Part shown: piece by piece, positions 28,201-39,300 of the stretch | Numbering within the stretch: position 1 is the first letter of the stretch | How the letters are laid out: every line of letters begins with the position of its first letter | DNA from: Balanoglossus misakiensis | Taxonomy: Eukaryota; Animalia; Hemichordata | Length of the DNA: 64,000 nucleotides | Assembly (NCBI GenBank): GCA_040954595.2 | Contig: CM082584.2 | Location: 8,633,146 to 8,697,145, forward strand | Direction: 5' to 3' | The notes under the pieces: model-generated | What the model saw: only the letters and a program-made list of their open reading frames with translations | Database searches by the model: none | What the model was told of the DNA's origin: nothing | Translations under genes and position numbers: made by a program

Positions 28201-31200
28201 ATCGTTTATACCGGAGAAATCATAGATTCCAGTCAGTTCATGATGTTTATTTACAGTACTCAACATATACAGTGTAACTAAGTGTTATAAAGCCATTTTT
28301 TCCTGCACTCAAGGTAGTCAAGGAGTTAAACAACCTCTCATTTTATTAGAGTACAGTTTCACATTGTTCCATTATTTCTGACATTATATGTGTTTGGTTT
28401 TATTTTTCTCAGGAAACAGAAATCGTGTTATCACATGGATCTTCAATGATACCAGGTAAGTTTTAAAAAAAATCATAAATTACCATGGGATCCTCGAACA
28501 TGAATTTGTCAAAACCACAAACATTTTGCAGGTGCATGTGCCCTTCATCTATTCCCGTGTTCTGTGGTATGTGAAGAACTCTGTTTTTCTATTTTCAGTT
28601 TCGTCTGAACAGTCAGGAATTTCGCCCATCATTGTGGCCACGATAGTCGGTGTTGCGTTGGTTGTGCTCGCCATCGTCATAGCTGCCTTGATTATCGTCA
28701 GGTATGTTAACTGCCAGCTCTCACTTCCCATAAATTACACACCTGTCTGGAGGGACCAAGATTTATAACCGGAGGATGACCTTTGAACTCACAGATCCAT
28801 CAAGCGAGAAAAGCTGACCATTACTTTTCTAGTTGTCTATGGTCGCTAAAATAAAAACGTTAAGAATCAACTTCTCCAGTACACCCCATTAATCAAACAA
28901 CCTAGCTTGTTTTCTAATTTATTCATTGAAAATATGAACGAGCATACTTTGATTTATGACGGTTCTATACAAACAGAAACATGTGCTGATAAACAATGTC
29001 TTTCACATGTACTGCACCTTATGAGCAAATTTTTGTCAGTTTTACTGTGACTTATACAAGACCTTGCATAAATCATTAGCTCTGCTGACAGTTTACAAAA
29101 ATCATGTTTCCAGAAAATACGGCTACCTGTAGTTTTACTAATCACACTCTTGTACCATACCTCGTATGTGACATGCCCCACAGATATCAGAGAGAATTGA
29201 AGAAGACGCCCGTTGTTGGTAATGTTAATGGAAGGCCTCCAATCTACAAACCTCCCAAGGATCGTCGACCGTTGTACATAAAGACTCCACCAGGCAACGT
29301 GGACGTCCATGAACTTGAAGGTAACTGGAGGATTGGTTCGATTGTCAGGATTTTCTCCCAAGTTGTTGTTTTCGGTCAAGTCTGTTGTTTGAAACCAATC
29401 AGAGCAGTGTTGGTTTTGGTGTACAAGCTATTGCATAGAGAACATACCAGACCATTGAAAATACATCTTATGTACTTCCCGCAGAATTGAAACCAGAGGT
29501 GGGTGGAGACCACGGGATTAAATTGAATGATTTGGCTGAATACATCAAAAACAGAAGATCCAACAGTTTTGAAGGATTTATGGAGGAGTATGAGGTAAGG
29601 GATTTTTTTTAGAGCAAAAAAAAATATTTTTGTCTGATTGGATTCTCTTGTTATTGACAGTATAGTTCAGTATGTTCACTTACCAAAACCAGTGCGATAC
29701 TGAAACTGGACAGTGTTTGCAGAAAAAATGAACTTTGACCTGTACTTCAAAAATTCAGATCTGTCAAATATAATATGGTAATATTGATATATCACAACAG
29801 AACAATTTGAAAAAAAAAACGTTTGATGCTGCACACTGCCATCATTTTGCTGTTTAACATTCCATAGGGTATCGGTAGCGTGTTAAGTTGCACACCTTAC
29901 GGGGCACTCAACACAGGAATGTCATTTAAAGGCGCCTTTGCTCGTGTAATCGGATTCTGTTTTCCGATGACACGCCTGAATGTGCCGTTAGATTGCACCT
30001 CGTAACCGATTCTCTGAATGCGCGTCTGAAAACGGCTTTGAAGTCGCGTTGCTGCCGTGACTACCTGTTGGAGGCGTCATTGAGAATGCAGTCAAGCGCG
30101 GAGATCAGAATGCAGCCCACCTGAGGGGGAAATACCAAGTGTCCATCCGTTCTAAATGCGCGCCTTTGTCGTTTTGCAGTCTCTCCCTCAAGGTCAAACC
30201 ATGCCCCACAATCACTGTGTCCGATCCGATAACCAGATGAAGAACAGATACATCAACATTGTCACATGTGAGTTCGATTTTTTTCTGTAACCCTTTGAGG
30301 TCAAAGGTCATCAGATAGCCAGACTGCAAAGGATTGTGGGACAATGCGTCCATGTTTTGATTGAGAGTTGTTCATTAAATGTGTGTGTGTAGAAATTTTA
30401 AACAATCTGGAATTATACATATAGACAGCTGTCTCTAGCTTTCTCAACATGAACAATTGTATGACATAGTTCTGTTGGATTATCTGGTCACCAACAGCCC
30501 AGCATATATATTCTGAATATTCTTTTATATTTCATCTGTTGGTGTTACTGATTGGTTTCAGATGACCACTCACGTGTTGTGTTAGACCAACTGCCAGATG
30601 ATCCTTGTACCGATTACATAAATGCAAATTTCATCGATGTAAGTATTACCCACACAACCAATCCACTCTATGGTAATCTCAGCTTGTGTCTGATATCTTT
30701 ATTTTGTTGATTGAAACCTGGTCACCATGGAACTTCTGACTGACATTCTTGCCTTATAAACAAACAATAATATTTTGTTCACAATGCAAAATGAAACTGG
30801 TGCAGCCATACGGTGTTCACATGTTTTATTTAATACCACATCATTGAACTGATATATTTGTTGTAGCTGATGATTGTTTCCAATTTTCAAATTCACAGGG
30901 CTACAAGAGGATGAATGCCTACATAGCTACCCAAGGTAAATTAAAACTGTTATGTTACTCTTACTATACAGTGAGTTGTCGACCTTTTACCCAGAATGCA
31001 ATTATTGTAATGCGATTTTTTTTTGCACAGGTCCCAACGAGGACACTACGCCTGATTTCTGGAGAATGATCTGGCAAGAGAACACAGAGGTCATCATCAT
31101 GGCAACCAATATTGTGGAAAGAGGAAAGGTATGCAGAATGTTTGCTGTTATGACGTCCTAGCAAAAACATTTAAGTTACCCTTTTGCCACTGTTGTACAT

Positions 31201-34200
31201 GTGCAAACAAAACGTTACCTTTCAGAGTATGTTGTAACCATATAACCAGAGTACCTGTGCTTAACCGTTTGCTCTCTCTCTCCATCAACAGACTAAATGC
31301 GCCAAGTACTGGCCGGACAAGGCAGACAAGTATGGAACGATCAGTGTGACTTTTGAAGCCATGGAGAGACTGGCTGATTTCATCATCAGAGTTTTCAAAA
31401 TACGAAAGGTAAGGATATGTATCTTTACATAGATGTGCAAATGAATCGATCCTAATCACCCCAACCATCAGTGCACTGTTCCATAGTCAGTGATAGCAAA
31501 ACAGTCTTGAGAATGTTCGATTTTGTAATGATTCATAGTGTAACACTATTCACTTGTTCGCGTTTTCTTTCTTCCATAGGATGGCTGCCAAGAGTGCCGG
31601 GTATTGAAACAGTTTCACTTCACCGTGTGGCCAGATATGGGTGTACCCATGTATGCCACAGCTGTGCTGGCGTTCCTCAAGAGGGTCAAAGCAAGTGTCA
31701 CTCCAGGCACCGGGCCTATTGTAGTCCACTGCAGGTAGGGTTGTTATAGAGCTTAGACTCGCAGTGACATTTAGATTAAAACCAAGGCACCATAATGGTG
31801 AGAGAATAAAAACTTTCCTTCATGTGGAAACACACAACTCGGACGTACCTGTTGACACCTGCAACATTATGATGATTTTTTCCCTTTCAGTGCTGGTGTC
31901 GGTCGCACGGGGACATTCATTGTGATCGACTCCATGATGGATATGATGAAGGCAGAAGGCCAGGTCGACATCTACAACTTTGTCAGAAGGATACGATCGC
32001 AACGAATCAACATGGTGCAGACTTTGGTAAAGAAACCGCATATTTCTATCCTATATTGCTCAATGTGCCATCTCAATAGAAATGCAGGGAGTGGAAATAC
32101 CATTCATGTATTAGAAGAACTTGCAAAGAACTTGCATCACCTCAGCATTGAAAGCAGAAGTCCGCAAAGCTCTGAAACCAAACGAAGCTTAGCAAGTGAT
32201 TTTTCGCAATCTCAAACTTGATGTACATGGCTGTTGAGAATCTGTATGTACATGTTGTCAGTGTCTTGCACAGCATAGTTGAGAATTGATGAATTACATG
32301 TACCCTTGTATCTTCACAGGACCAGTATGTATTCATCTATGAAGCAGTATTGGAGGTCAGCCTGTGTGGCGATACGTCCATCACAACAACAGATTACAGA
32401 GTGCGTCTGTATAGAATGAAACAGATCAACTCCAGAACAAACACCAACATCATTTTCCAAGAATTCCAGGTAATGATGTTTCATATATGCACAAGGCTTC
32501 TTCGGATTATGCGGACTGAAACTAAACCATTGAAAGCTGAGCCGTGTTGCCAAAATTTGATTCATACACTGTATCACCCAGTACTGAAATCAGAATACTT
32601 GTGTTATCTTTGATCAGAATTTATCAGTGGTGTGCCCACAGCCTGAACCAGATGATTGCGAAGATGGTCATCTGCCAGAGAATGTAGATAAGAATAGATT
32701 TCCAAATATCATACCAGGTAAGTTTTTTTCACTTGACCGAAATGTTTCTTTGCTCATGGACTGGGGTAGAAAAAAAAAACAGGTCGCTGTTGTTAAGACT
32801 GTGGTGGCGCTATTTCCATCTGACCAAGACTACATTGCTTTCACTTCTTCAGAAGCATTTCCGGGGGGTCAAGTTGTAGACTTGATTTGTTCTTGTGTGT
32901 ATGACATTTGAATTTGGGTCACAGGTCAGTCATTTGACCAACTGGCTGAATGCCAGAAATAATGAATACATAAACATGTGTACATACGTATGTGCATGAC
33001 TTGTGAGAATATTTGTTTGACTATATTTTATTTTCATCCACAGTTGACCGCTGTCGACCGTATCTGATGAGCTATGTGGAGGGAGCCACGGATTACATCA
33101 ATGCATCATTTGTCGATGTAAGTCTCTCTTCACTTTCGAGGAAGTTCATCATATTATTGAAATCACTTGACTGCTGTTTTTTTTGTCTCCATCAAAATCA
33201 TGTGCCAAATGTTGTAATTTCCATGTTTGTATATTTTGCAGGGCTACAAGAGGAAAGACGCCTTCCTTGCCGCACAGATGCCTCTCCCGAACACCGTTGT
33301 AGATTTCTGGAGACTTTTGTACGATTACAAATCTTGTAGTGTTGTCATGCTGAATGCGCTAGACCCAACAGATGAGGTAAACTTAAACTAGGATGCTTTT
33401 CAAGTTCATACACAGCCATTGTGGAGTGAGATCAGATGCCAGGACTAGATGGTTTTTAAAGACCCATATTTCTTGATGTAGGCTTATCTGATATAAACAA
33501 TAGCACTTTTATCTGTGCACAGAAGTGTTTATTGGGAAACAAAAGGTTATCTATGCATTGCATATGCCTCTGTTTATCTAACAAGCCATGATGATTTTGT
33601 CGTTGCAGACTCTATGCAAATATTGGCCAGACCAAGATTCCATGGAATATGGACCATTTACAGTCGATCACGTGTCATCCACCCACTACGGATCCATCAT
33701 CTGTCGAGTTTTCAAGCTCTATCGTACAAGCGACAAGGTTTGTGAATGTTAAAGCCCGTACTTCAGATACAACACTCCCAACCAAAGAGTTCGGGAAATG
33801 GGAATGTCTGACAGGAAAACATCGCTAACAGACATCGTTTCTTGTTTCCCAACAGGACAAGGAAAGTGCATGCATGATACAACAGTTTCACCTGACCTGC
33901 TGGCCACTGGGGCACGATGTACCGCAGTCCAAACCAGCTGTGATTGATCTCATATCATTGGTGGAGAAATGGCAACAACAGACAGGGAACGGGCCAATCA
34001 CAGTACAGTGCTTGTAAGTTCTATGCAAATAGTTCAAATAGGTCTAAATCTACTGTTTTCTAGGGTAAAGTTGGACCTTGAAAGAGGGAAATGGCTGAAA
34101 GGGTTTAAATGGAGTATGTTCTTCACACCAAACATGGTAACCAAGGGAAATATTGACCATTGTATTTCATCTCTGTAGAAATGGACTTGGAAGAAGCGGG

Positions 34201-34578
34201 ACGTTCTGTGCAATCTACGCCACCATTGAGAGAATGAAAGTGGAACAGATGATCGATGTCTTCCAGGCCGTCAAGAAGCTCAGGTTAAACCGACCCAACA
34301 TGGTGCAGAATTTGGTAAGTTGCTTGGACGTGTTCTTTCTCTTTCACCTCCCTAGAGTACTGTGGCTTATGTTGCAAGGGGGAAAATGTGTTACTTTTGC
34401 CAAGGTAGTGTTGTCCTGCATTACACAGTGAAATAGTGTTCCATGTACATCAGTGTGCCCTCTAACAATTTTTGCTGATGAACATTTCCCTGTATATTTT
34501 CAGGAGCAGTACACATTCTGCTACGACGCAGCAATGGAATTTCTAGATTCCTTCGATACCTATGCAAATTTCAAGTAA
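19224..34578 (+). CDS. Receptor-type protein tyrosine phosphatase with Tie-like Ig-Ig-EGF-FN3 ectodomain and tandem D1/D2 PTP domains, 36 exons, about 1800 aa
   Basis: Exons: 19224-19296 (signal peptide [25 protein letters not shown]), 21875-22240, 22397-22651, 23008-23136, 23260-23421, ~23562-23693, 23789-24154, 24432-24502, 24836-25061, 25250-25555, 25671-25967, 26226-26452, 26769-26838, 26952-27055, 27203-27401, 27599-27704, 27815-28088, 28413-28455, 28599-28701 (TM), 29184-29320, 29485-29594, 30180-30267, 30562-30638, 30899-30935, 31031-31128, 31292-31408, 31580-31734, 31891-32026, 32320-32469, 32618-32717, 33044-33117, 33242-33376, 33609-33737, 33856-34013, 34179-34314, 34504-34578. Phases are consistent except for a 1-nt discrepancy at the exon-6 acceptor. 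PTP motifs: [55 protein letters not shown]-terminus FDTYANFK. Confidence 0.93.
20870..21105. repeat. Degenerate (CAGA/GA)n microsatellite tract in RPTP intron 1
   Basis: Runs of agac/agag/cagacagac read directly. Confidence 0.85.
21875..23693 (+). CDS. Tie-type Ig1-Ig2-EGFx3 module of the RPTP (exons 2-6)
   Basis: [43 protein letters not shown]...[32 protein letters not shown]...[13 protein letters not shown]...FGSNCK...[12 protein letters not shown] are collinear with recalled Tie2/TEK sequence (TCIASGWRPHEPITIGR, GAYFC, FLPATLTMTVDK, DAGVYSAR...AFTRLIVRRCEAQKWGPEC...CICPPGFMGRTCE...FGRTCK...PYGCSCATGWKG). Confidence 0.85.
22860..22934 (-). mobile_element. TTAA-type MITE, copy 2 (internally deleted)
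   Basis: ccctttcacc tctttagaggtcca...catagaaaacaatgggtttggactgaacca...ggtgaaaggg|ttaa; same family as 24591-24677, reverse orientation. Confidence 0.75.
23789..28455 (+). CDS. Short S/T/P linker, six FN3 repeats and a membrane-proximal FN3-like domain with furin site (exons 7-18 of the RPTP)
   Basis: FN3 hallmarks: VSW...LQPNTEY, LEPCTNY, LFANTKY, LTPYSRY, LSSFTGY, LLASTAY. The final domain has TRRRRDT and ...YYITAEF...[15 protein letters not shown], typical of the juxtamembrane domain of RPTPs. Confidence 0.88.
24591..24677 (+). mobile_element. TTAA-flanked MITE (piggyBac-like non-autonomous element), complete copy
   Basis: TTAA (24587-90) + TIR ccctttcacc ... ggtgaaaggg + TTAA (24678-81). 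CCC termini and a TTAA target duplication are piggyBac-superfamily hallmarks. Confidence 0.8.
30180..32469 (+). CDS. PTP domain D1 (catalytic motifs intact) of the Tie-like RPTP
   Basis: [24 protein letters not shown] and Q-loop MVQTLDQY are all canonical. Exon sizes 88/77/37/98/117/155/136/150 follow the usual RPTP D1 exon pattern. Confidence 0.93.
32618..34578 (+). CDS. PTP domain D2 (probable pseudophosphatase) of the Tie-like RPTP
   Basis: KNRF, WPLGHD (no WPD Asp) and QCLNGLGRSG; ends in YANFK-stop. Confidence 0.9.
34035..34110 (+). mobile_element. Degenerate copy of the same TTAA MITE
   Basis: ...tgttttctagggtaaagttggaccttgaaagagggaaatggctgaaagggtttaa resembles the right half of 24591-24677. 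Confidence 0.55.
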
Positions 34579-36061
34579 GGAAAATGAAGACGTTTGTTCT
34601 GAACAGGTCACCAGAGCTGTTTAACTTTGTGATATTTACCAGAGAAGGAGAGACTCAAGAGATTTATTTCTGTTCGTCATATTTTAACTTTGTCAGTGAC
34701 TTTGTGTTTGAATACAGTGGCCTTTCATGCCTCGGGTCTTTGCTGCAATGAAGGTCCCTTGCTAGAAGTTTGACTCCAGCGCAACTAAAGGCTTCACTGT
34801 TTCTGTCAGTCAAACTAGAATTGATAAGTAAACAAATTTCATCGGGTGTTATTGATTTTTCCTAAAACCACTCTACTCCAAAGCATTCCAAAGTTTTTTA
34901 TATCAAACTTTGACCGCGTACGTGCATTGTTGATGTCATTTTGACTGCAGTCAGATTTTATCAGAGGAATGATTTTCTGATAAAGGTGGCCATCTTGGAA
35001 TCATTTTCTAATGAGGACGGCCGTGTTTTAACCTTCACAGAAGACAGTTACATAATGCACACTGGCTTGTGCGGAAATTAAATTTTGAAGTGATTATCAA
35101 TATCACAGCTTGGCCAGTCAGTCACCAAGGACACCAGTCCTTGTGCTGCTTGTGATGTCATCAATATATAAAACAAAAACAACAACCAGACAACAGAGAA
35201 ATTTATATGGAAGTGCACCTGGACTGACATGGTTGTTAATGATTGCCTTAGTTATGAATCTCTTTAGCAGATATTTCCGTTTTTATGTGATACTGTCAAA
35301 CAGTATCGATGAAGATTTTGTGTCATCTTGTCTTCAGTGGCCCATTTAATGGTAAAACTATTAATATTATATTAATCAAAATGTTGGCAGATTAGAGAAA
35401 ACCTGTGAACAAGTACAATCACGGTTTGGTGTGTTTTTTATTTGTTACGTCCACAGTAACTGGGTGATATTTCCCATATCAAATTACCCTTTTTTGGAAC
35501 ATAATTTTTTCCCTAATGAAATAATCCAATTAATTACAACCTACTAATTGGTGCTGATGACGAGTCAAGGAACTTTGATGAGTATACTTTGCAATACAGA
35601 AAAAATATATTTTCAAGAAAAACAAATATTTGTGTAATATTTGTCCAGTAAAAGTTGACCGTGTTTATTTACTGTAACTTGTTTAACTAAATTAATATTA
35701 AATATAAAGAAAATGTTTAATGGCATTTGGTATGTTACCAGTGGTACATTAAAATCAACCAGACCGACCAATGTATTTCTATTTATCACACATCTTAGCT
35801 GCTGCAAGCATGTGTCTTTTAATATTCATACACATTTCTTTATTTTAGAAATAACTTGGCAGCTAGGAACATTGCCATCATACCCGTGTATGTGTGTGGT
35901 AATTTATATTTTTTAAGCTCAATTTAAAGTTAATGGTTCAAGGTTGACATATTTATACCTTGCCATGAAAACTTTGAAGTCACTGACAGTGTACTTTGAG
36001 CCTTTGCATTCTGTTGTAAATCTGTACATGTATACAAATACCAGTGTAATATTTGGTATTA

Positions 36062-36368
36062 TATTATACCAGTATATTGATGGTGTAAATCACGCTATTT
36101 GATTGGTCGAGACACGACACGTGACCGTGATATATTAGCCATATACCACAGTCATATATCATAGTCAAAGAAAATGCCTTTTTAAAATGTTTTATGCAAA
36201 GTTTCAATATACTGGCATAATATAATGGCAATAAAACACCCCCAGCCATGGTATACCACTCGATTTTGACCAGTTCAACTCCATATACGCACTCGCTATC
36301 GCTCGTGCGTATATGTCGTGAACTGGTCAAAATCTCGTGGTATACCATGGCTGGGGGTGTTTTATTGC
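36062..36368. mobile_element. Unclassified non-autonomous DNA element: 19-bp inverted repeat pair followed by a 141-bp palindrome
   Basis: tattataccagtatattga (~36062-80) against tcaatatactggcataata (~36204-22), one mismatch. Then gcaataaaacacccccagccatggtataccac...gtggtataccatggctgggggtgttttattgc (36228-36368), a near-perfect hairpin. Confidence 0.65.
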
Positions 36369-39300
36369 TTAAGCAGATAGCTCTATTTTTGAGTAGCTGA
36401 TGAGTAACTACTAACATTTGGCCAGCACATATTAGGCTGGAAGGGGGTTAATTTGAAGCCCAAGTGTCGGCCATATTTGTTTAGCAGATATGAGCCGACC
36501 TATATTTATGTGTGGTATCAGGAAGTTGACAGGTTGCAAAGGCAACTGTGAGAAGAGAAATATGTGTTAAAATGTTAAAATCTTCACGTCTGCTGAAGTA
36601 TTTCCAAAATATCAATACAGTATTTGGAAACTTGTCAACATTGATGGTGTTGTAAAAAGTCTTGATGAAATAATGATTTTTTTTTGACATTCTCTGATGG
36701 TGCTGCAACCGACCTTAGTTTGAGGTTTGGTCCTGAAGTGGACTTCGTGCTTAATGATTGTCAGGGTGAGCAAAGTGCTGCCATTGTCGTGTGCTTGAAT
36801 GCTGTCATAGGATGGGATGCATGTACTGTGGGCGTGGACAGGTATATGGAAGTTCAGCTAACGTTGACCTTTTGTTTGTTTCTGTTATTCTTCAACTGTT
36901 TGCCGATTGTGTGCCGGTTATACAAACTGCATAAGGGCTTGTTAAACTGTCAACACAATGCGCCAAATGAATGATTCTGAATGAGAAAGATTTGACCCTT
37001 CTTATTTCACCATTTTGACATTCATAACACCACACATGGTTGTAAAGTAGTGTTATCTCCTATAGCTTCTGTAGTAGTTGACCATTTGCCCTTCGTTCAA
37101 CAAAATAAGAAAAAAAATGCCTTCAATACAAAAGACATCCTGAAATATACTGTTGTCCTCATTATATTATTCCAAAACTATACTATTATAACTTATCTCT
37201 ACTGTCAAAGTTTATATCTATTACATAATATTTAATTTGCTTTATTATTACCTTACTCTATAAGTCTATGTATTATTTTTTGGAACTTAAAATGAAAACA
37301 AATTGTCCACATTTATGTGAAGATTTGCCAATATTGGTAAATTTCTAAAATACGTTTTTTTGTGTGTCATGTGATTTGGACAGTATTTTAAATTGAGCAT
37401 TTACATTAGCATATATCTCAATATTATTTTAATCACATATACAACTGTTCTATTCATGTGAGGTTTTGTGAATCCTTCATAAAATCACACGACGTATACA
37501 GCCCCACTTTTCCTGTCTTGATCCATACTTTGTTATTCGAACTGGGAAAATACTATTTATATAAAAAAAAATCCTGTTCTTTGTATGCTTTTTTCAGAAT
37601 TGATAACTTTGTAATACTGTACTCATTGTAAGCTTATTACGTGTTTTGTTTGGTGACTTTGGCATTTTAGGCTTGATGAAATGCTTTCTAACTTTTGTCA
37701 TTTGCCATTAAGTGCCATGGATTTCAACCATTACTAACAGTATTAACGATCTTGATCTTTACTGAGCGTAACATTTTGCTGCGCGATTTGTGTGTCATAT
37801 ATTTCAAAAATCCATTATGCACAATACAATTCTCGCCAATGGCTTTCCCTTTCATAGGAAACTACTGCTTCTCGTTATTTGCTTGAGTCTATTAAAAATA
37901 ATATCCCCATATTTTTTATATTGGCACATTCAATTAACCCTGAAATATAAACAGTCCCACCATTACACACACATAAGCTCATTAAGTACATGTACATGTA
38001 CTGATATATTTTTGTATTTCTGTTTTTGGCTGTGGCCTCAATATTTGTTTTCAATTGCGAAAGCTCATGTAAGTATCACAGACTTTATGTTTACTTTAAC
38101 CATAGTTTATTAGTTTATTATAAATTCCAGGTACACCAATGTTCAACTTAATATTTTATTGTAGTATTTATCCCTATACAGCTTTTGTATGTGTAGAAAT
38201 TAACCCTTCGTGTTTACTTTTATGTACCCAGTACAATATCTTTTTTTCTGTTTTTGCATTAACTTGCCGTATTTCAAATCTTCATAGTGCCACAGAAATC
38301 GTGTACCAGTTTCTATGATTATTCATCAGAAACTTTCTATAACTCGGTCGAAATTCCACCTTCAAAAAAGCAAAACTGTTCGTGTTGGAGTATGCATTCA
38401 TTGTCTCATTTGTAAAATTTGTGAAAAATTTTTCAAGAATAATTAGAAACAAGTTCAGCTGGTAGTAACAGTGTAGTGTATTTTTATATTCGACTTTTTT
38501 GAAACTTCGTCTACAATATTGGATTTATCTGTCTTGTTATTCTCAATGATTTACCCCAAAATTAAAAAAACATTCCTATTAAATCCCAAATATGAATGGA
38601 AATTTGTGTGTTGTTGTTGGGTAAAATTGGCCAGACCCAAGTTTCGTGCATCTGATCTCTGTTTTAACGGTATGGAGAAAAATCAAAGTGGCCGTTTCCA
38701 TGACAACAAGATGTTGAACATCCATGATGATGATGATAGAATTGTTTTGTTATATTATTTTAGACGTCATGGTACCGTATAGCAAAATTTACCACCAATA
38801 CCATTGGCATCTTTATGTGAAAGGGAAACTTCAACTTTTATCGAGTCTACTCACACATTTATAAAAAACACTTCCCACAATGTTGTTGGAAAGCCGCTAG
38901 TATGATACTCCAAGCGACGCACAAAAAAGGGGTCGTGTCGGGGGTCAACCCTTTTTAGTCGTTTCGGTGCAAGGGTGATGCGTACGCAGTGGACATCGGC
39001 ATTTCCGCCTGAATATACCAGACCGCCCGGGCCTTCCTTTCAAGAAGAACACGGAGTTCCGTGTACACACAAGTCTTTCACAAAAGTCACGCAAGATATC
39101 ATGTTATCAAGCTTGGTGTCACAGTGAAGGACAGCAGACTGCGTGTAAGAGCTGTTGAGTTTTGGCCAGACCAGACCGAGATCCGTAAGTGTTAGCATAC
39201 TCATGATTCTCGTCCGAGAAAGGTACGTGTTCCGGTAACCCCAAACCTGTCAAGCTTAAAACAAAGTATTCTCGGTTATAACTTAAGTCGTACGGAACCA

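Noticed and set aside
29957-30035. SECIS element or confident snoRNA call
   Set aside because: The location is intronic, the AUGA-to-AA spacing is too short for a SECIS, box C is degenerate, and the putative rRNA complementarity is only about 8-9 nt.
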